DNA of 64,000 nucleotides from the NCBI GenBank assembly GCA_963727915.1, contig CAVSID010000001.1, positions 999,210 to 1,063,209 on the forward strand, given 5' to 3'. Positions 19,832-29,550 of this stretch are shown piece after piece (position 1 is the stretch's first letter; every line of letters begins with the position of its first letter). The DNA is from an uncultured Chloroflexia bacterium (GTDB lineage: Bacteria; Chloroflexota; Anaerolineae; Anaerolineales; E44-bin32). Made by a program: the position numbers and the translations under genes. The notes beneath the pieces are model-generated. The model saw only the letters and a list, made by a program, of their open reading frames with translations. It was not told the DNA's origin and did no database searches.

Positions 19832-20522
19832 GGTGAAGGGCCTGGTCAAGGCCTTTGGCCTGAAAGCCGTACTGCGGGGCCTGACTTTCAGCGTCGACGA
19901 GGGGGAATTCGTCGCCCTGCTTGGCCCCAACGGTGCCGGCAAGACAACCTTCATTCGCATCCTGGCCTGTCTCTCCCGTCCCTCCAGCGGCGAGGTCATG
20001 ATCGATGGGCTGCATCTGCCGGATGAGGCGGGGGCCGTGAGGCGGCGTCTTGGTGTCGTCGCTCATCAATCCCTCCTGTACGGCGACCTGACGGCCGAAG
20101 AAAACCTTCGCTTCTTTGCCCGGATGTATGGTCTCAGACGAGTCGAGCCGCGGATGGCCGAGGTGTTGACGATCGTGGGACTGACCGCAGCTCGCCGGGA
20201 ACTTGTGCGCACTTTTTCGCGCGGTATGCAGCAGCGACTGTCGATCGCGCGCGCTCTGCTGCACGATCCCAGCCTGCTCCTATTTGACGAGCCGTTCACT
20301 GGTCTTGACCAGGACGCCTCGGCCATGCTCGACCGGCTGTTGAGTGAGATAGCTTCACAGGGGCGGACTGTGGTGATGACGTCTCACGACCTGGAGCGGT
20401 CGGCTCGGTTGGCCTCCCGGGTGGATATTCTCTCTAAGGGCAAGATCGCTTCCTCCGTGGGGCGGGCCGAGCTGAGCCCGGGCTCCTTGCCGGAGCTGTA
20501 TCGGGCGGTGACGCATGCCTGA
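19824..20522 (+). CDS. ccmA: Heme exporter ATP-binding protein CcmA
   Basis: GPNGAGKTT, FSRGMQQRL, LLFDEPFTGLD. Located in the ccm operon. Confidence 0.92.
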   Translation: MIEVKGLVKAFGLKAVLRGLTFSVDEGEFVALLGPNGAGKTTFIRILACLSRPSSGEVMIDGLHLPDEAGAVRRRLGVVAHQSLLYGDLTAEENLRFFARMYGLRRVEPRMAEVLTIVGLTAARRELVRTFSRGMQQRLSIARALLHDPSLLLFDEPFTGLDQDASAMLDRLLSEIASQGRTVVMTSHDLERSARLASRVDILSKGKIASSVGRAELSPGSLPELYRAVTHA

Positions 20523-21258
20523 CGCCGTAGGAGCTGTTACAGGCGATGGCGTGGGGAGCCGAGAGCCGGCGGGGGCCAGAGGCGTGAGAGATTACCTCTC
20601 AGTGGTCGGCGGGCTGGTATGGAAGGATCTGGCCGCCGAACTCCGTAGCCGTGAACTCCTCGGTGCCATGCTGGTCTTCGCCCTGCTGGTGATCCTAATC
20701 TTCAACTTCGCTCTCGAACTTCAGGTGGCCACTCGTAAGGCGATCACGTCGGGCGTGCTGTGGACCACGTTTGCCTTCGCCGGAACACTCGGTCTCAATC
20801 GATCGATGGGCATGGAGCGAGAAAGGGGCTGCCTCGATGCGCTTCTCCTGGCGCCGGTCGATCGAAGCGCCATCTACTTCGGCAAGGCACTTGCCAATCT
20901 GATATTTCTGCTGCTTGTAGCGCTAATCGTTCTACCCATCTACAGCGCCCTGTATGGGGTCAACCTGTTCAACGCCGGCCTGATGGCGGTCATCGTCCTG
21001 GGCGTGGTCGGATATGTGGCCGTGGGAACCCTGCTCTCGGCAATGTCGATTCAAACTCGCACGCGAGATATCCTGCTGCCCATCCTGCTATTTCCCGTCG
21101 TGCTGCCCGTGTTGATCGCGGCCGTGAAGGCGAGCAACGGCTTTCTTCAGGCCCTGGAGATGACCGAAATCATGCCGTGGATCAATTTGCTGCTGGTCTA
21201 CGACGTGATATTCGTGGCCGTCTCCTTCATGAGTTTCGAGTATATTGTCCAGGAGTAG
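20515..21258 (+). CDS. ccmB: Heme exporter permease CcmB
   Basis: WKDLAAELRSRE...ERERGCLDALLLAP...LLPILLFPVVLPVLIAAV. Confidence 0.92.
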   Translation: MPDAVGAVTGDGVGSREPAGARGVRDYLSVVGGLVWKDLAAELRSRELLGAMLVFALLVILIFNFALELQVATRKAITSGVLWTTFAFAGTLGLNRSMGMERERGCLDALLLAPVDRSAIYFGKALANLIFLLLVALIVLPIYSALYGVNLFNAGLMAVIVLGVVGYVAVGTLLSAMSIQTRTRDILLPILLFPVVLPVLIAAVKASNGFLQALEMTEIMPWINLLLVYDVIFVAVSFMSFEYIVQE

Positions 21259-21303
21259 TGCAAGCCCGGCCGCAGCCGGGGAATCCATGTGGGAGGTGGG
21301 GTG

Positions 21304-22005
21304 ATGGAAAGCACACCGAGAGGTCTGAAGTGGTTGAGCGCAGGCACGGGCGTCCTGTTCGTGATCGCCTTGGGGATGGTGCTGTTCTATGCGCCTGAAG
21401 AGGCGGTCATGGGGAACGTGCAGCGCGTGTTCTATTTTCACGTGTCGGCTGGATGGGTCGGCGGATTGGCTTTTCTTGTAACGGCCGTGGCAGGTATTGC
21501 CTTCCTCGTTGGCAAGAATTCCAAATGGGACCGAGTTGCCCAGGCCTCGGTTGAGGTCGGCATCGTCTTCACCTTCATCAACATCGTCAGCGGCTCGATC
21601 TGGGCTCGCCCAATCTGGAACACCTGGTGGACTTGGGATCCCCGTTTGGTGACTGCAACGGTGATGGAGCTGATCTACCTGGCCTATGTCATGCTTCGCC
21701 AGGGGATCGATGACCCCGAGCGCCGTGCGCGTTTTGGTTCCGTCTACGGAATCGTGGGCTTCATTAGCGTGCCGATCACCTTCCTTTCCATCCGCCTGCT
21801 GAGGACGATTCATCCGGTGGTCATCGGCTCGAGCGATCCGAGTGCACAGGGCGCCTTCGATATGACGCCGGCCATGTTGCAGACGTTCATGTTCAGTCTC
21901 CTAACCTTCACCTTTGTCTACGCGACCCTGCTTTGGCATCGCCTCCGGCTCCAGCGCCTGATGGAACATGTCGAACAGCTGAAGATGAAGGTATTCGCCT
22001 CGTAA
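21304..22005 (+). CDS. ccmC: Heme exporter CcmC
   Basis: RVFYFHV, WWD domain GSIWARPIWNTWWTWDPRL, RTIHP. Confidence 0.93.
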   Translation: MESTPRGLKWLSAGTGVLFVIALGMVLFYAPEEAVMGNVQRVFYFHVSAGWVGGLAFLVTAVAGIAFLVGKNSKWDRVAQASVEVGIVFTFINIVSGSIWARPIWNTWWTWDPRLVTATVMELIYLAYVMLRQGIDDPERRARFGSVYGIVGFISVPITFLSIRLLRTIHPVVIGSSDPSAQGAFDMTPAMLQTFMFSLLTFTFVYATLLWHRLRLQRLMEHVEQLKMKVFAS

Positions 22006-22072
22006 AGGCGATCTCGAACGAAGAATCCCCTTGTCTGGCAGTTGGGTGCCGGTCGAGGCATGGAGGAGATCT

Positions 22073-22237
22073 ATGCTGCTGGAACCTGCTCAAACCACGA
22101 ACTACATGATCCTTGGGCTGAGCGTTATCGTTGGAACCATGCTGCTGTTCGTTGGCAGCCTGGCAGTCCGCTTCAGAAATCTGCGCCAGGATATGCAAGT
22201 GCTGGAGGACGTCGACAGCAACGACTCCGAGGGATAG
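22073..22237 (+). CDS. Small membrane protein, probable CcmD
   Basis: 54-aa ORF with RBS ggagga directly after ccmC. One TM followed by a charged tail. Confidence 0.6.
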   Translation: MLLEPAQTTNYMILGLSVIVGTMLLFVGSLAVRFRNLRQDMQVLEDVDSNDSEG

Positions 22238-22266
22238 TCCTCTTCTTGGCACGCTTCTGACTCACT

Positions 22267-22300
22267 CACCGGCGCCGCACCTCTGGGCGCCGGTGCTGTT
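22267..22300 (+). terminator. Hairpin closing the ccm operon
   Basis: caccggcgcc-N9-ggcgccggtg perfect 10-bp stem with a weak U-tract. Confidence 0.45.
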
Positions 22301-22375
22301 GTGGACGTGGAGGGTGGAAGTCCATGTCGGTCGACCCTGCCCAAGCAGCGGGAAGCGCAACGCTATAATGGAAGG

Positions 22376-24454
22376 ATGAGCGGAGACAGCATACAGACCG
22401 GCCGAGCGGCGCTGCGCGGTGGCGGTGCCCCGGACGAGGCTTGGGCGCACATCGCCGCCTGCGTACTGCGATCGAGGCTGCTGGACGAGCTGGAAGAACG
22501 CGAGCTCGCCCCCTCGGGCGAGGTCCCCTACCAGTTTTCGGCCAAGGGTCACGAGCTGGCCCAGGTCCTCGTGGCCCAGCAGCTCGATCACCCCCACGAC
22601 GCCGCCGGCGTTTACTACCGCTCGCGGGCCTTCATGCTGGCTGCCGGATTGCGCCTGGACGAGGCCCTTGCGGCCGGGATGGGCAAAGCTGGCAGCCCAT
22701 CGGAGGGGCGCGATGTGGGCGTGGTGTTCTCGTTGGTTCCTCGAGATGGGCCGACGGTCCTGCCGGCCTCCGGCGACGTCGGCGCCCAGTACACGCCGAT
22801 CGCCGGCTGGGCGCAGGCCATTCGCTTCCGGAGCGATGTGCTCGGGGAAGATGATTGGGAGGGCGCCGTCGGCGTCGCGTTCGGAGGCGACGGATCGGTG
22901 GCTACCAACGGCTTCTGGTCGGCTCTGACCATCGCTACGACGCTCAACCTCCCGATGCTATTTGTGATCGAAGACAATCGCTTCGGCCTCTCGGTCCGGC
23001 GCGAGCTGCAGACACCGGGCGGGAACATCGCTGCCAATCTCGAGTCGTTCCGAAATCTACTGATCCTCGACGGCCCAGGCACGCTTCCTGCTCAAACGGC
23101 GGAGCTGGTAGGACGGGCCGTTGGGCATGCCCGACGGCAGGGGCCGTGTCTGCTGCACCTCAACCTGCCACGCCTGAGCGGCCATACTTTCATCGACAAT
23201 CAAGCGTACAAGACGGATGAAGAAAGGGCAGAAGAGGCGGCTTCTGACCCGCTGCTCAAATTGCAGCAACTCATCGGTGCGGATCGCATGGCAGCCATGG
23301 CGAAAGACATCCAGGGCGAGCTGTCCGAGGCGGTCGAGGCTGCCCGGACTCAGAGAGCGTCCGAAGAGCCGCCGACATCGAATTTGTTCTACGAGGGCCG
23401 CTTGCAGCAAGTCGGCGGCCCATCACCGGAGGTCGGCCCTCGCATCCCAAGCTTCACAACCCAGGAGGCTTCGTCGGGCCCACGCGTCAATCTGGTGGAC
23501 GCCGTTCGGCGGGTGTTGGACACCGAACTGAGCGAGAGCCAGCGTGCGTTGGTTTTCGGAGAGGATGTAGGCGCCAAAGGCGGTGTGCACGGTGCTACGC
23601 TGGACCTGCAATCCAAGCATGGTGAAGCTCGCGTCTTTGACACGTCGCTCTCGGAAGAAGGCATCATCGGCCGCGCGGTTGGATTGGCCCTGGCCGGCTT
23701 GAGCCCTATTCCCGAGATCCAATTCCGCAAGTATGCGGATCCGGCGACCGAGCAGCTCAATGATCTGGGCACCCTGCGCTGGCGAACGGCCGGCAAGTTC
23801 GGCGCGCCGGTCGTGGTCCGAATCCCGGTTGGCTACGGCAAGCGGATCGGGGATCCGTGGCACTCGGTCACGGGCGAGGCCGTCTATGCCCACACGCTGG
23901 GGTGGCGCATCGCCTTTCCATCCAATGCCGCCGACGCTGTCGGCCTACTGCAAACCGCCCTGCATGGCGAAGATCCCACCTTCTTCCTCGAACACCGGGC
24001 ACTGCTCGATGGGCCGCAGGCCCGCCGCCCGGACCCAGGCCCCGCGTACTATCTGCCCTTTGGCCAGGCAGCCATCCGCTGCCAGGGTGACGAACTGACC
24101 CTGGTAACCTGGGGAGCCATGGTTTACCCGGCGGTCGAAGTCGCCGAGCGGCTTGTGGGCAGGGTGGAAGTCATCGACCTGCGAACCATCATCCCCTGGG
24201 ACCTCAGGGCGGTCGAAGAATCGGTCCAGAAGACCGGCCGATTGTTGGTCGTCCACGAAGATTCATGGACGGCTGGGTTCGCCGGGGAGATTCTAGGAAC
24301 GGTTTCTGAGACCTGTTTCACCCATCTCGACGCGCCGCCTCGTCGGCATACCATGCCGGACTCCCCCGTTCCGTTCAGCGCCGAGTTGATGGCCAAAGTG
24401 ATGCCGGATAAGCGCAGTATCGAGGCCGCCGTCGAGGATCTGCTCGCCTTCTAG
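22376..24454 (+). CDS. 2-oxoacid dehydrogenase E1, fused alpha-beta subunits (branched-chain type likely)
   Basis: GHE, GDGS...EDN TPP-binding motif, RLSGH, FGEDVGAKGGVHG, FDTSLSEEGIIG, EIQF, DPWHS, VIDLRTIIPWD. Confidence 0.9.
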   Translation: MSGDSIQTGRAALRGGGAPDEAWAHIAACVLRSRLLDELEERELAPSGEVPYQFSAKGHELAQVLVAQQLDHPHDAAGVYYRSRAFMLAAGLRLDEALAAGMGKAGSPSEGRDVGVVFSLVPRDGPTVLPASGDVGAQYTPIAGWAQAIRFRSDVLGEDDWEGAVGVAFGGDGSVATNGFWSALTIATTLNLPMLFVIEDNRFGLSVRRELQTPGGNIAANLESFRNLLILDGPGTLPAQTAELVGRAVGHARRQGPCLLHLNLPRLSGHTFIDNQAYKTDEERAEEAASDPLLKLQQLIGADRMAAMAKDIQGELSEAVEAARTQRASEEPPTSNLFYEGRLQQVGGPSPEVGPRIPSFTTQEASSGPRVNLVDAVRRVLDTELSESQRALVFGEDVGAKGGVHGATLDLQSKHGEARVFDTSLSEEGIIGRAVGLALAGLSPIPEIQFRKYADPATEQLNDLGTLRWRTAGKFGAPVVVRIPVGYGKRIGDPWHSVTGEAVYAHTLGWRIAFPSNAADAVGLLQTALHGEDPTFFLEHRALLDGPQARRPDPGPAYYLPFGQAAIRCQGDELTLVTWGAMVYPAVEVAERLVGRVEVIDLRTIIPWDLRAVEESVQKTGRLLVVHEDSWTAGFAGEILGTVSETCFTHLDAPPRRHTMPDSPVPFSAELMAKVMPDKRSIEAAVEDLLAF

Positions 24455-24516
24455 CTCGCTGCGCCCGGTGATTTTCCGGCCGCCCAAGGCGGCGGCCATG
24501 ATAGACTTTCCCCGCC

Positions 24517-26888
24517 ATGGATTCAAAATCTCAGCAAGTACTGGAACTGCCGAAAGTGCTCGAGCGGCTGGCCGGCAAAGCCGCCTTTTCTGCGTCCAAA
24601 GAGCTTGCGTTGAGCTTGGTGCCGGTCGCCAATCTGGACGAGGCACGCCGCCGCCAGACGGAAACCAGCGAAGCCGAGACTCCTTCTTAGCCATACCTCT
24701 GAGCTCACGGTGGGCGGGGCGCACGATGTGCGGCAAGCTGCCGAAGCTGCCGAGCGCGGTTCGGTGCTGGAGGCGGCAGACTTTCAAGATATCAAGGCCA
24801 CGCTTGTCTCGGCGCGCACATTGCGGCGGTTCTTCGAAAAGCGCGAGGAGGAGACGCCGATTCTCTACGATGTGTCGCAGAAATTGAACCCTCCTGACGG
24901 GCTCATCGATTCCATCAGTCAGGTTTTCAACGACCAGGGCGAGATTCGGGACGACGCTTCGGTGGCTCTGGCGAAGATCCGGCGCGAGCTCGGGGTGGCT
25001 AAAGATCGGCTGATGAGCAAGCTGCAGCGGATGGTCAACGACCCGGGCGTGGCATCGCTGCTTCAGGAATCGCTCATCACGCAGCGGGAAGGCCGCTACG
25101 TCCTGCCCCTTCGCGCTGAGAACAAGGGGAGGATGAAGGCTGTCGTGCACGATCAGTCGGCATCGGGGGCTACCCTGTTCGTTGAGCCGCTGGATGTGGT
25201 TGATCTCAACAATCAGGTGCGCGAGCTCGAATTGGCGGAGCGGGATGAGATTCGCCGCATCCTGTCCGAACTTTCAACGCTGGTTGGGCAGGAACGCCAG
25301 GCGATTTGGGACACCGTCCACGCTCTGGCCAGAATCGATCTGGCTCTGGCGAAGGGGCGCTTCGCCGATGCGATGCAGGCCAGCGAACCGGTACTCCTGG
25401 CGGGTTTGGAAGGGCGCATGCACCTGATCCGCGCCCGGCATCCGCTGTTGGATCCAGAGACGGTTGTTCCCATCGACCTGACCCTGGAAGATGGGATCCG
25501 CGGCCTGGTGATTACCGGCCCCAACACTGGCGGCAAGACGGTGGCCCTGAAGACCGCCGGACTGTTGGCCCTGATGGCCCAGTGCGGGCTACACGTCCCC
25601 GCCGATTCCGGTTCCGCGTTGCCGCTCTTCGACGGGATCTTCGCCGATATCGGGGACGAACAATCGATCGAGCAATCGCTGTCAACGTTCTCCTCGCATT
25701 TGACCAACATCGTACGGATCCTTGAGAGCGCCGGCCCTGGTTCGCTGGTCGTGTTGGACGAATTGGGCGCGGGGACCGATCCACAGGAGGGTGCGGCGCT
25801 GGCTCGTGCGCTGCTTGAAGCGTTCCTTGTTAGGGCGGCGATAGTATTGGTCGCCACACACTATCCGGAGTTGAAGACTCACGCGCATGCTTCCGACAGC
25901 TTGCGCAATGCCAGCGTGGAATTCGACACAGAAAGTCTGCAGCCAACCTACCATCTGACCATCGGTTTGCCGGGACGATCGAATGCATTGGCGATCGCCA
26001 GTCGCCTTGGACTTCCGGATGAGATCGTGGAGGCGGCCAGGGGTCTGATCGCACCCGAAGAGGTCGAGGCGGAGACCCTTCTAAATGAGATACACCAGGA
26101 GCGCGAACGGGCGCGCCAGGCAAGCGAGGCGGCGCGCCAAGCGCAGGCTGAGGCCGAAACGGAGCGGTCGGAGCTCGCCGAGCGGCTGGCTTCCATCGAA
26201 GACGAACGTCTGCAACGACTGGAGACCGCCCGCCAGGAGGCCGAGGCGGAGGTGGCCGAGGTTCGGGGCGAACTGGGTAAGCTTCGCAAGCAGCTGGCCG
26301 CTGCCGCGCAACCTCTGGAAGTCCTGCAAGCGGCGGATGAGGCGCTGAGAGACCTGGAAGAGGAGGTCGCCGAGCCGCACGAGCGTGAAGATGTCCCCGA
26401 GTTCTCGGCCCGACGTCGAGCTACGGCTGGGTGACCGCGTCCGCGTGCGCAGCATCGATGCCGAAGGCGTGCTGGTCGATCTAGGTGAGAAGGAGGCCGA
26501 GGTCCAGATCGGCCGGCTGCGGATCCGGGCGCAGCGCGATGAGCTCCAGCTGGCGGACGAAGCACAGCATGCGAGCGGAGTTGAGGGCAGGGTCGGCCCG
26601 CCGGCCAGGCCATCCGGAAGCCGCGCGGTGGCGAACGTGCCTCCTTTGGAGCTTGATCTGAGGGGGCTTACCTCGGATGAAGCCCTGACCGAGCTCGATC
26701 GGCGGCTGGATTCAGCCTACCTGGCTGGCCTGCCGTTTGTGAGGGTCATTCATGGCAAGGGCACAGGAAAGCTGCGAGATGTCGTCCGACGGGCCCTGAA
26801 GGACAACGCCTATGTGAGGGGATTCGAAGCCGGTAGCCCCGGCGAGGGTGGCGACGGTGTGACGGTCGCTCGCCTTGCGGTGGACTGA
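24517..26888 (+). CDS. mutS2: Endonuclease MutS2 (frameshifted)
   Basis: VHDQSASGATLFVEP, ITGPNTGGKT, DIGDEQSIEQSLSTFSSH, DELGAGTDP. Smr domain LDLRG...IHGKGTGKLR...GGDGVT. Confidence 0.93.
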
Positions 26889-26898
26889 GGGCCGGAGT

Positions 26899-27369
26899 TC
26901 AGGCGGCGGGGAGCAAGCCGGGTGTGACAGCCCAGCACAGTGACCAGCGCTGTCCGTCATATTCAAGGCACACGATGCCACCGTTCTCGAAGCGCACCGC
27001 TTCCCGCTCGGGATCGCCGGCCAGCAAGAGCGACGCCAGCCGGGAGAGGTGGGGCATGTGGCCCACCAGCATCACGTCCTGCGACATCTGCGGAAGCCTC
27101 TCGGCCCAGGCCAGGGGTGGGTCGGTCGGGTCCATCTCCTCGGCCGACCGGATGCCCAGAGGGGGCATCAGGGCATCGCCCAGAATCTGGGCTGACTGGG
27201 CGGCGCGCGTTTTTCCGCTGTTCCAGATGCGGCCGATCGCAACCTGGCCGGAAGCGGCGGCGAAAGCGGCCACACGGCGCAACTCGGCCCGACCCTCGTC
27301 GGACAAGGGGCGATCGGGGTTCTGTTCCTTGGTCAACGCTTTGGCGTGCTGCACAAGGTAGGCTCTCAT
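26899..27369 (-). CDS. sixA: Phosphohistidine phosphatase SixA
   Basis: MRAYLVQHAKA...DRPLSDEG...SGKTRAAQSA...MLVGHMPHL. Confidence 0.85.
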   Translation of the reverse strand: MRAYLVQHAKALTKEQNPDRPLSDEGRAELRRVAAFAAASGQVAIGRIWNSGKTRAAQSAQILGDALMPPLGIRSAEEMDPTDPPLAWAERLPQMSQDVMLVGHMPHLSRLASLLLAGDPEREAVRFENGGIVCLEYDGQRWSLCWAVTPGLLPAA

Positions 27370-27467
27370 GGCCCGTCCTTTCCAATCACAGGCGATCCAG
27401 CGGCGTTGTCGGCCACGCCCGACACCTGTTAACAGTCTAACGCGAGACCTGACCGAGGATGGCTCAC

Positions 27468-28049
27468 ATGGCGGATGAGCAGGATGTGGTCCGCTGCTTC
27501 GGCGGTCAGGATCGGCTGATGTGCGCCTACCATGATCAGGAATGGGGCGTCCCCGTCCACGAAGACCGCGCCCTATTTGAAAAGTTGATGTTGGACGCAT
27601 TCCAGGCTGGTTTGTCGTGGCGTGTGATTCTGCATAAGCGGGACGCCTTCCAATCCGCCTTCTCGGGTTTCGCACCGGAGATCGTGGCGGCCTTTGGCCA
27701 GGATGACGTGGAGCGCCTCATGCGAGACGCAGGGATCGTTCGCAACCGGGCCAAAATCGAGGCTTCGATCACCAACGCCCGGGCCTGCCTTGAGCTCCAG
27801 AGGGACGATGGTTCCTTAGACGCATTCTTATGGTCATTTACTGGTGGGATGACGATCAAGGGTCTCACCACGGACCGCTGGCAGGACAAACCCACGCAGA
27901 GCCCCGAATCCTTGGCGATGTCGCTCGCCCTGCGCGAGCGAGGTTTCAAGTTCGTGGGCCCGACAGTCTGCTATGCGTTCATGCAGGCGGTGGGCATGAT
28001 CGACGACCACTTGCAAACCTGCTTCAAGTATGTCGAGGAGGATCGGTGA
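27468..28049 (+). CDS. tag: DNA-3-methyladenine glycosylase I
   Basis: YHDQEWGVP, FQAGLSW, GIVRNRAKI, GFKFVGPTVCYAFMQAVGMIDDH. Confidence 0.95.
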   Translation: MADEQDVVRCFGGQDRLMCAYHDQEWGVPVHEDRALFEKLMLDAFQAGLSWRVILHKRDAFQSAFSGFAPEIVAAFGQDDVERLMRDAGIVRNRAKIEASITNARACLELQRDDGSLDAFLWSFTGGMTIKGLTTDRWQDKPTQSPESLAMSLALRERGFKFVGPTVCYAFMQAVGMIDDHLQTCFKYVEEDR

Positions 28050-28096
28050 TCGGATCGGGCCCTGAGGGTCGGTCGGAACCAGACAAGGAGCGAGAT

Positions 28097-28492
28097 ATGC
28101 GAGCCGATCGAGTGCTGGAAACTTGCCTCTATGTCGATGATCTGGAGGCGGCCGAGGCCTTCTACAAGGACGTGTTGGGGCTCGAACCTGTGACCAAATC
28201 CGCGGGCCGCCACGTCTTCTTCCGCTGCGGCCAGAGCATGTTCCTGCTCTTCAACCCCGAGCAGACTGTGATCAAGACCGGCAAGGCCCCCACGCATGGT
28301 GCACATGGCCAGGGCCACACGGCGTTTGCTATGGACGAATTGGAGATCGATGCCTGGCGTTCGCACTTGGCGAGCAAAGGGGTGGAGATTGAAACCGAGG
28401 TGTCCTGGCCAGGCGGCGGGCAATCGCTCTACTTCAGGGACCCGGCAGGCAACAGCCTGGAAGTGACGACCACAACCACTTGGGGATTGTGA
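28097..28492 (+). CDS. VOC/glyoxalase family protein
   Basis: LETCLYVDDLEAAEAFYKDVLGL...HGAHGQGHTAF...SLYFRDPAGNSLE. Confidence 0.9.
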   Translation: MRADRVLETCLYVDDLEAAEAFYKDVLGLEPVTKSAGRHVFFRCGQSMFLLFNPEQTVIKTGKAPTHGAHGQGHTAFAMDELEIDAWRSHLASKGVEIETEVSWPGGGQSLYFRDPAGNSLEVTTTTTWGL

Positions 28493-28504
28493 AAGAAATC
28501 ACAA
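28487..28504. promoter_or_regulatory. Rex-like palindrome TTGTGA-N6-TCACAA
   Basis: TTGTGAAAGAAATCACAA overlaps the glyoxalase stop codon, 40 nt before the next gene. One of several copies (see findings). Confidence 0.6.
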
Positions 28505-28543
28505 ATCAGCCCATGGGGTCGGTCAGCGGAAGGTTGGGGTAGC

Positions 28544-29345
28544 TTGGTTAAAGGTCTGGCATTCACGTCGTGCATGGCCCCCAACGAGGATTTTGTCCTC
28601 GAGGCGGTCGTCGCCTATCTGTCGAAGAAACTGGCCGTCGAACTGCTCATTGTGGACGAGCCCAGCTGGGGGGAACGCGAGCTGCGCTTCGATCGAGACC
28701 AGATCCAGGTGTGCTGGATCTGCGGCCTGCCGTACGTATGGAAGGCGGACCAGGTGCCGGCGGAAATTGAGCTGTTGGCGGCCCCGGTTATGAGGGGCGA
28801 GCGCTATCGCGGTATGCCAGTCTACTTCTCCGAGGTTGTCGTCCGCGCCGACAGCCCTTATCGTAGCTTCGATGATTTGCGCGGCGCCATCTGGGCATTC
28901 AACGAACCTGGCTCACACTCCGGCTACAACATCGCTCGCTTTCGCCTGGCCGGGATGGAGTCGCCGGAGACGTTCTTCAAGCAAACCGTCATGTCAGGCT
29001 CGCATCAGGCGTCCCTCGAAGGAATTCTCGCTGGACGGTTCGACGGGTCGGCGATTGACAGCATCGTCCTGGAACTGTTCCAAGCAGAACATCCGCAGTA
29101 CGCTTCTGAGCTTCGCACGCTTGAGATCCTCGGTCCGAGCCCGATACCTCCGCTTGTCGTTCGTCGCTCGGTCACGGGAGAGCTGCGCGGCGGAGTTGAA
29201 GGACCTGCTCCTAAACATGCACGCCGACCCCGAAGGCAGACTGGCGTTGGAGGCTGGGCCAGTGGCGCGGTTTGTGGCCGTAGAAGATCGCCAATATGAT
29301 CCGATCCGCGACGTCGATCGGATAGCATCAACCGTCAATTTGTGA
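28544..29345 (+). CDS. PhnD/SsuA-type substrate-binding-fold protein (frameshift near the C-terminus)
   Basis: [21 protein letters not shown]...DLRG...[18 protein letters not shown]...[18 protein letters not shown]. Confidence 0.8.
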
Positions 29346-29365
29346 TTCTGATGGCAAATTGGCGC

Positions 29366-29393
29366 TTGACATTCTTCCCAAAGGGTCTAAACT
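29366..29393 (+). promoter_or_regulatory. Sigma-70 promoter of the pyr operon
   Basis: TTGACA-N16-TAAACT. Confidence 0.6.
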
Positions 29394-29425
29394 GTCGCAG
29401 GGTTGTGCATGGGAAGATTGGTCAT

Positions 29426-29521
29426 ACAAGAACCGAAACGGAGGTCCCGCTGCGGGACATGCGTCCCTGAGCGGGACGATTTTTGTACTCCACAAGAGAG
29501 CCGACAAGGCTCTCTTTTTTT
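29426..29521 (+). promoter_or_regulatory. Attenuator-like leader of the pyr operon (long hairpin plus intrinsic terminator)
   Basis: Hairpin gtcccgct..gggac-atgc-gtccc..agcgggac (29444-29477). Terminator aagagagcc-gacaa-ggctctc-T7 (29494-29521) lies 30 nt before pyrC. Confidence 0.7.
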
Positions 29522-29550
29522 GTGTCTTGTCAGACCTCGAGGCAGAGCCC

